Assembly (NCBI RefSeq): GCF_000354175.2
Contig: NC_022359.1
Coordinates: 870,001-902,000, forward strand
DNA from: Vibrio alginolyticus NBRC 15630 = ATCC 17749
GTDB taxonomy: Bacteria > Pseudomonadota > Gammaproteobacteria > Enterobacterales > Vibrionaceae
Length of the DNA stretch: 32,000 nucleotides
Direction: 5' to 3'
How positions within the stretch are numbered: the stretch's first letter is position 1; each line of letters opens with the position of its first letter. A program made the position numbers and the translations under genes. Below the pieces are notes generated by a model. That model was given only the letters and a program-made list of their open reading frames with translations. It was not told where the DNA came from and made no database searches. Below, piece by piece: positions 27,501-32,000 of this stretch.

Positions 27501-27745
27501 CGTTACGTTTCCGCGCTGTGAATATGACATCTTGGTCATTTATTCTGGGTATCTTCCCGCTTATCTTTGCCGCTGGCGCGGGGCACGTGAGTCAAAACTC
27601 ACTCGGCGTGTCGCTGATTGGTGGTCTATTGTGTGTGCTTCTAGCAGGTACATTCTTGATCCCAGGCTTCTACGCTCTGGTGCAAAGACAGCGTGAGAAA
27701 GTTCATGGTGGCAACACCAAGCTGGTTCCTCTTGATGATGAATAA
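24593..27745 (+). CDS. RND multidrug efflux permease (AcrB/AcrD/AcrF family)
   Basis: 1050 aa with a 12-TM architecture and two large periplasmic loops. The conserved TM4 segment is [19 protein letters not shown]. It starts 8 nt after the adaptor gene, with SD AGGGGG. Confidence 0.95.
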   Translation: MLSRFFIQRPKFALVISIILTLAGAISLAILPVAEYPQISPPSVSVSAYYTGASAEVVEQAIADPIETSVNGVEDMIYMSSKSANDGSYSLNVTFDVGTDPDMAQVNVQNRVSQIESKLPQEVRMVGVTVKKRSPDLLMVLNFYSPDGKYDDQFLINYINLNVKDQLARAKGISEVNVIGGGEYAMRVWLDPEKMANLKLTTSDVYAALAEQNVQVAAGRVGAAPYNNPQEVQFNLVTKGRLESVSEFENVVLRANPNGSTVYLKDVARVELGKKFYDGNGKFRGQDASIVALSLQSDANALESGQAVMELLEGLSKNFPEGMEYETSYDTTVFVSESIKGVVKTLIEAILLVIAVTYLFLGSARATLIPVVAIPVSLIGTFAIMQATGFTINTVTLFGLILAIGIVVDDAILVIENVDTTMAKDPTISPRKATLLAMKEVTGPIITSTLVLLAVFIPVAMLPGITGIMYRQFALTICISVVISSINALTLSPALCSLVLKQGGGNTANWFQAFNRGLERITTRYGQIAGFLVKKSLLLVTFFIVAIAAVTFFAKTTSTAFVPQEDKGILLVNVQLPDSASLSRTEEVTNDLMKMIGEEPGVDGVTVANGYSFMTGAAASNGASVFIKLHDWDTRNSLQGEHSANAIAARINGRAATELPQAVVFAMGPPAVPGMGAASGFEFVLEDTLGRSRTDLSMVMGEMIQAANQAPEIAYTFSTFRANVPHYYVDIDREKAQQLGISLSSIFQTLQGNLGSLYVNDFTMFGKNFRVTMQADSQHRSSMEDLDRFHVRSSNGDMVPLSTLVSYEQVFEPDVAWRYNMYRSAIIQGQPAPGYSSGDAIAAMERVAAEVLPQGYTYEWTGMAYQEVLAGNQAIYAFALALIFIYLFMVAQYESWSIPLAIILVVPVATLGSFLALNLTGTPLNLYAQIGLVLLIALAAKNAILIVEFAKQEREEKDADIDSAAVKGGTLRFRAVNMTSWSFILGIFPLIFAAGAGHVSQNSLGVSLIGGLLCVLLAGTFLIPGFYALVQRQREKVHGGNTKLVPLDDE

Positions 27746-27784
27746 TCACATCCGAAGTGCGCAGTAAGCACGAAGTGACAATTG

Positions 27785-27825
27785 AAAAAAGCCCGAAGCA
27801 ATGATTGCCTCGGGCTTTCTATTTT
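27785..27825. terminator. Bidirectional terminator (RND pump and MCP)
   Basis: AAGCCCGA..GCA-atgat-TGC..TCGGGCTT is a long imperfect stem flanked by an A-run and a T-run. Confidence 0.8.
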
Positions 27826-27834
27826 GAAAAAGGG

Positions 27835-29604
27835 TTATTTTAGCGCAGTTTTGAATTGTGCAACGGCTTCATCCATATCATGAGCTTGAGCAGAGACAGA
27901 GTTCACTTCATGCAAGCATTCCTGAGCGGATTGCATGTTATTCTCAGATATTGCGTTTAGCTCGGTGATTGAACCGCTAACTTGGTTCATAACGATACCT
28001 TGTTCTTCAATTGCTGAAGCTATGCGCTCCGAATTACCTTGAATTGAATGCATGTCAGTGATGATCTGCTGTAGGCTAGAATCCAGTTTTTCAGAAGCAT
28101 TAAGTGTTTGTTGCCCTTGAGCGTTACATTGATCAATATCAGCAACAACTGTAGACATTTGAGTTTGAATATCTGCAACGACCCGCGTGATTTCCTCAGT
28201 GGATTGATGAGTTCGGCTAGCTAGGGCGCGTACTTCATCGGCGACAACTGCAAACCCGCGGCCTTGTTCGCCTGCTCGCGCGGCTTCAATTGCTGCGTTG
28301 AGAGCTAGTAGGTTGGTTTGCTCTGCAATTTCTTGGATGATGTTCACGGCACCACCAATTTTATCTACATGCTGATTCAGCGAGCCAATCGACTGCTGGC
28401 TGTTTGATAAAATCGTGGTTAGTTGACCGATGTTGGTTACCGTCGCCTCAACAACTCCTCGACCTTGTTCGGCATTATTCGCTGCCTGATGTACGCCTTC
28501 TACCGCAACTGATGTGCTTTCAGAGATTTCACCTATTGTGGCAACCATTTGCTGAACTGCCGTCGCCATTGATGCAGTGTGGTCAGTTTGAGTGTGGAAT
28601 TGCTCCATAACGCCTTCTAACTCACGATGCATATTATCGGTACTTGCAGTGAGTTGCGCCGATTTTTCTTGGGTACTACTAATTAGATGCTCAAGCTTAT
28701 CCAATAGGTCATTGAGGTGATGACTGATATCAAATAGCTCGTCTTGACCTTTCAAATCAGATCGAAGTCCCATATTGTTCGTTTCGCTGATACTTCGAAT
28801 GGTGCCAAGTAAGCTATTCACTCGCGTATTGATTGAACGTGAAATTTGCCAAATCAATGCGAAAATAACGACTAAGATCAGAGCTGTAATGACCTGCTTG
28901 ATGGTCGACATTTGTTCATCACGTTGTGCGGCAGCAGAGCTAAGGGCTGTGGAAAAGGTTTCAAATTGCTCTTCTACGGCATGAGATAATGCGCGAGTTT
29001 CACCGAGTAGGCCTTTGTCATAAGCAACCCCAACAACTTGCTTTTGGGCCGCCAATTGCTTACCTGTTTTGATAAGCTCAGGAGCATATTGCCCCTCAAG
29101 CAAGTCACTATTGAATAGTCCTGCTTTTACCGCAGAGTCAAAACGGACTAATGCCAATAACTGCTGGTGGTCTGAACGTTGTTTTGCTTCTAATAGTGCT
29201 TGTTCGTAACCAGCGAGAAGCCCACTCTTTGAATCAAGCCCGTATCGTTGGTAAGCGCTGACCAGATTCTGAAAGCCCCTTTGGTATGCGAGCAAGTCTT
29301 GCTTAAATTGTTGACTGGAAGGTAATTCATTACTCTTGAGTATATTCGCAAGCTCTTTTTCTGTGTCTGTAAACTTGTCAACATTGGCGTCAAACTTATT
29401 TAGATATTTGTCATTACTACGTAGTAGGAAATCTTTTTCATTTCTGCGTAAGTTGAGTAAGCGTATTTCTAGATCACCAACGAGTTTGATGGCGTGATTA
29501 AGGTCATTGCTCTTATTTTCAAAATGGGATGACGTACCCAAAAGGGCCACGATGCCTAAAATGGCGATAACTCCGAGGAAGTAGAGTTTTTGCCTAATAG
29601 TCAT
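27835..29604 (-). CDS. Methyl-accepting chemotaxis protein
   Basis: The start at ATG 29604 ([23 protein letters not shown]) removes the overlap with arfB. It has a periplasmic helical sensor of about 210 aa, a second TM, HAMP and the highly conserved signalling hairpin [35 protein letters not shown]. Confidence 0.92.
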   Translation of the reverse strand: MTIRQKLYFLGVIAILGIVALLGTSSHFENKSNDLNHAIKLVGDLEIRLLNLRRNEKDFLLRSNDKYLNKFDANVDKFTDTEKELANILKSNELPSSQQFKQDLLAYQRGFQNLVSAYQRYGLDSKSGLLAGYEQALLEAKQRSDHQQLLALVRFDSAVKAGLFNSDLLEGQYAPELIKTGKQLAAQKQVVGVAYDKGLLGETRALSHAVEEQFETFSTALSSAAAQRDEQMSTIKQVITALILVVIFALIWQISRSINTRVNSLLGTIRSISETNNMGLRSDLKGQDELFDISHHLNDLLDKLEHLISSTQEKSAQLTASTDNMHRELEGVMEQFHTQTDHTASMATAVQQMVATIGEISESTSVAVEGVHQAANNAEQGRGVVEATVTNIGQLTTILSNSQQSIGSLNQHVDKIGGAVNIIQEIAEQTNLLALNAAIEAARAGEQGRGFAVVADEVRALASRTHQSTEEITRVVADIQTQMSTVVADIDQCNAQGQQTLNASEKLDSSLQQIITDMHSIQGNSERIASAIEEQGIVMNQVSGSITELNAISENNMQSAQECLHEVNSVSAQAHDMDEAVAQFKTALK

Positions 29605-29704
29605 ATTGTTGTTTCCTGAATAAGTAACTAAAAAGAGAAATCCAATGAGATTTCCAAGGGCTAGCAAACGTTGTTCAACTAACATGTCGAGAAAACGACA
29701 TGCA

Positions 29705-30118
29705 CTAATACAGCACTTTTTTACGTTGCTGTTTTTTCGCTCCGTGCTTGTTTTTTGTATCAAGTCGTCGGCGTTGAGAAGCGCGGGTTGGTTTCGTTTT
29801 AATACGCTTCTTCTCCTGTAAAGCGGCAGCTTTTATCAATGCTTGAAGCCGATTTAGGGCGTCTTCCTTATTTTGTTCTTGTGTCCGAAATTGTTGCGCT
29901 TTGATGATGATCACGCCATCTTTACTTATACGACTATCAGAAAGTGCAAGTAATCGCTCTTTGTAAAAGTCAGGTAAGCTGGAATTCCGGATATCAAAGC
30001 GCAGGTGTATAGCGGACGCTACCTTGTTAACGTTCTGGCCACCATTTCCTTGAGCTCTAATTGGGGATAATTGAATTTCCCACTCTTGAATTGTGACGGA
30101 GTTCGAAATTTTGAGCAT
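29705..30118 (-). CDS. arfB: Alternative ribosome-rescue factor ArfB (YaeJ), a peptidyl-tRNA hydrolase
   Basis: 137 aa with a GGQ motif ([10 protein letters not shown]) in an RF-1-like catalytic domain and a Lys/Arg-rich C-terminal tail. Confidence 0.9.
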   Translation of the reverse strand: MLKISNSVTIQEWEIQLSPIRAQGNGGQNVNKVASAIHLRFDIRNSSLPDFYKERLLALSDSRISKDGVIIIKAQQFRTQEQNKEDALNRLQALIKAAALQEKKRIKTKPTRASQRRRLDTKNKHGAKKQQRKKVLY

Positions 30119-30194
30119 GATAAGTAAATGCCGGTAAGGACGATTGAAAGAGCTGATAAATTAACATTACAGATGCACAAATAGAAGAAAAGAC

Positions 30195-30797
30195 ATGAGC
30201 ACGATTGATTTTAGACCCTATGAGGGATTCATATTTGATATGGATGGTACTCTAATCGATACCATGCCAGCCCACTTGGCAGCTTGGCAAGCAACTGCTG
30301 AGCGTTTTGATTTTCCGTTTTGCCAGGAATGGTTTCACAGTTTGGGAGGGATGCCGAGCTTTAAAATTGTTGAGGAACTAAATCGTGTGCATGAGCTTTC
30401 GTTAGATCCTAAAACTGTCGCGACATTTAAAATGGAAACATTCGCTGCTATGGAGCTTCATGGTGACGTTATTCCTTGCACGAACATCGTGTTAGAGGAA
30501 TATTTAGGCCATAAGAAAATTGCAGTCGGGACTGGCAGCCAACGAGAAAGTGCCATGCGCTTATTAAGTCATGCAGGTTTATTAGACAAGTTGGATGTTG
30601 TAGTAACCGCGAGTGATGTAGAGAACCATAAACCCTTTCCAGATACCTTTTTGGTGGCCGCGGAACAACTCGACTTGGAGGCGTCACAGTGTCTTGTGTT
30701 CGAGGATACTGAGTTGGGGAAGCGAGCGGCGCATGCAGCTGGTATGGATTGCGTTATGGTGCAAGATAATGAGTTGATCTTTTTCCCAAAACCATAG
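30195..30797 (+). CDS. HAD-superfamily sugar phosphatase, beta-phosphoglucomutase family (YqaB-like)
   Basis: 200 aa with HAD motif I FDMDGTLIDT, motif II AVGTGS and motifs III/IV NHKP..DTFL and FEDT..G..AA.AAGMD. The layout is collinear with E. coli YqaB as I remember it. Confidence 0.8.
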   Translation: MSTIDFRPYEGFIFDMDGTLIDTMPAHLAAWQATAERFDFPFCQEWFHSLGGMPSFKIVEELNRVHELSLDPKTVATFKMETFAAMELHGDVIPCTNIVLEEYLGHKKIAVGTGSQRESAMRLLSHAGLLDKLDVVVTASDVENHKPFPDTFLVAAEQLDLEASQCLVFEDTELGKRAAHAAGMDCVMVQDNELIFFPKP

Positions 30798-30822
30798 TGG
30801 CAATATCCCTTAATATGAGATC

Positions 30823-30855
30823 AAAATGGGGTGCAAATGCACCCCATTAATTTTT
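30823..30855. terminator. Bidirectional terminator (HAD phosphatase and ompA-family gene)
   Basis: AATGGGGTG-caaatg-CACCCCATT is a perfect 9-bp stem flanked by an A-run and a T-run. Confidence 0.8.
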
Positions 30856-30885
30856 ACCACATCATCGATCATGAATCATAGATGC

Positions 30886-31878
30886 TTATTCTGGTTGAAC
30901 TAGCTCTTGGTATTCAAATGAAGGTACCACAACTTCTACGCGACGGTTTTTCTCACGACCTTCGCGAGTGCTGTTGTCAGCAACTGGGTTTTCTTCACCC
31001 ATACCTTTAACTGTCAAACGATCTGAACCAATGCCAGCTGCGGTTAGGTAATCAGCAACAGATTGAGCACGACGCTCAGACAGTTTTTGGTTGTATGCCG
31101 CAGGGCCTGAGCTATCCGTGTAACCAGTAATCTCTACTTGAGCTTGAGGATATTCGTTCAAGAATGAAACAAAGTTGTCCAGACGTTCAGAAACGGACTC
31201 TGTTAACTTAGCACTATCGAATTCAAACGTACCTGTACCGTACTCTTCTTTGTGCACCTTGCTCATCATCACTGGTTCTGGATCTGGCTCGATCACTTCT
31301 TCCGTTACAACTGCTGCAACAACTGGAGCTGCTGCAAATTTGTAGTTAACACCGATACCAAAGAAGTTAGCATCCATGTCGTCCCACACGTCGTCAGACA
31401 TGTCTTGGTAGCGTTGGTATTCAGCGCGAACACTCCAGTTTCTATCGATCGAGTATTCAGCCCCCAAAGAACCTGTTGGGACAAAGTCTGTTTCGTCATC
31501 AGACATCATGTAAGCACCACCGATCTTAGCAAACAGATTCCAAGAGTCGTTTAAGTGCCAGTTGAATTTAGGTGCAAGTGTTAAAGCCGTTAGATTGCCG
31601 TCAATCGTATTAACCGTGTTAGCCCCTGACATCGAGTTAGCTTTGTAGTCGCCTAAGAAGTCTACGCCGTACTCTAGCCCAATGATATCGGTAAAGTCAT
31701 AACCGATATGTAGTCCTGCACCGAACGCTTCATCATCACAAGGGCTATTTAGATAGCAAGCGTCGTCAAGTGTAGTCATGCCCACTTTGCCCCCGATGTA
31801 CATTTCAGCTTGAGCAGAGTTTAAAAGCGCGCTACTACCAGCTACCACTGCTGCTACTGCAATTGCTACTTTGTTCAT
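30886..31878 (-). CDS. OmpA-family outer-membrane protein (N-terminal beta-barrel plus C-terminal peptidoglycan-binding domain)
   Basis: The start at ATG 31878 (MNKVAIAVAAVVAGSSALLNSAQA|E) has AAGGA 6 nt upstream. It has a beta-barrel with alternating aromatic residues, an Ala/Pro/Val/Glu linker, and an OmpA_C domain (TGYTDSSGPAAYNQKLSERRAQSV, NRRVEV). Confidence 0.9.
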   Translation of the reverse strand: MNKVAIAVAAVVAGSSALLNSAQAEMYIGGKVGMTTLDDACYLNSPCDDEAFGAGLHIGYDFTDIIGLEYGVDFLGDYKANSMSGANTVNTIDGNLTALTLAPKFNWHLNDSWNLFAKIGGAYMMSDDETDFVPTGSLGAEYSIDRNWSVRAEYQRYQDMSDDVWDDMDANFFGIGVNYKFAAAPVVAAVVTEEVIEPDPEPVMMSKVHKEEYGTGTFEFDSAKLTESVSERLDNFVSFLNEYPQAQVEITGYTDSSGPAAYNQKLSERRAQSVADYLTAAGIGSDRLTVKGMGEENPVADNSTREGREKNRRVEVVVPSFEYQELVQPE

Positions 31879-32000
31879 AATGTTTCCTTGTATTGATTGC
31901 ATATTAACTTCTACTTCGTTTTATCAAAAAATTAGAAAAAACCAGCGTTTATAAGAAATTAGTTTAATATTCTAATCATTTCATATCAAGCAACAATATA

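Noticed and set aside
29605-29763. A 53-codon N-terminal extension of the MCP ORF that overlaps arfB. Similar upstream extensions occur at 7377-7466 (LysE), 21219-21260 (pepT), 10498-10536 (phaC), 8092-8115 (phaB), 2116-2190 (SH3b protein), 23038-23085 (deaminase) and 31879-31902 (OmpA).
   Set aside because: In each case an internal ATG has a proper SD and gives a canonical N-terminus: a signal peptide, a TM segment or agreement with homologues. The extensions lack SDs or overlap neighbouring genes or terminators.
3028-30118. Co-occurrence of a programmed ribosome-arrest peptide (vemP) and a ribosome-rescue factor (arfB) in the same window.
   Set aside because: They are 26 kb apart, on opposite strands and in unrelated operons, which is most likely coincidence. 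ArfB acts on ribosomes stalled on truncated (non-stop) mRNAs, not on ones stalled mid-message.
1-32000. A scan for CRISPR arrays, tRNA/rRNA genes, IS elements, integrases, attachment-site repeats, and toxin-antitoxin or known defence gene signatures.
   Set aside because: I recognised none by eye. Gene content and the regular terminator architecture look like conserved core chromosome rather than an accessory island.

Overview
The window reads as core chromosome of a marine Vibrio, probably the small chromosome of a Harveyi-clade species. The VemP-like ORF matches what I remember for V. alginolyticus. I support about 28 protein genes. In order they are: a 5'-truncated Lrp/AsnC regulator and a SAM methyltransferase; three orphan genes (small HTH-like, secreted coiled-coil, TM-anchored SH3b); vemP-secD-secF; an 88-aa ORF and a LysE exporter; a ~650-bp very AT-rich control region; the PHB cluster phaB-phaA-phaP-phaC; the periplasmic nitrate reductase operon napFDABC on the minus strand, plus a 44-aa membrane ORF that falls below the ORF-track cutoff; divergent narQ-narP; a 57-aa ORF; a lipoprotein; pepT; a dCMP-deaminase-family gene; an RND efflux pair (adaptor and pump, with no outer-membrane factor or local regulator); an MCP; arfB; a YqaB-like HAD phosphatase; and an OmpA-family porin. 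Nearly every convergent gene junction carries a clear bidirectional rho-independent terminator. I saw no tRNA or rRNA genes, CRISPR arrays, transposases, integrases or prophage genes. The most remarkable system is the translation-arrest (force-sensing) leader peptide VemP upstream of the second SecDF paralogue. It is usually annotated as hypothetical, but it has been described, so it is not new. I found no convincing wholly new multi-gene system. The under-annotated items most worth follow-up are the vemP-secD spacer RNA with its 4-codon mini-ORF, the small ORF coupled to napC, a strong terminator inside the pha operon, the AT-rich pha control region with a LuxR-type palindrome, and the orphan genes at 1-3 kb. 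All coordinates and motifs were read by eye, and no folding or database search was possible.
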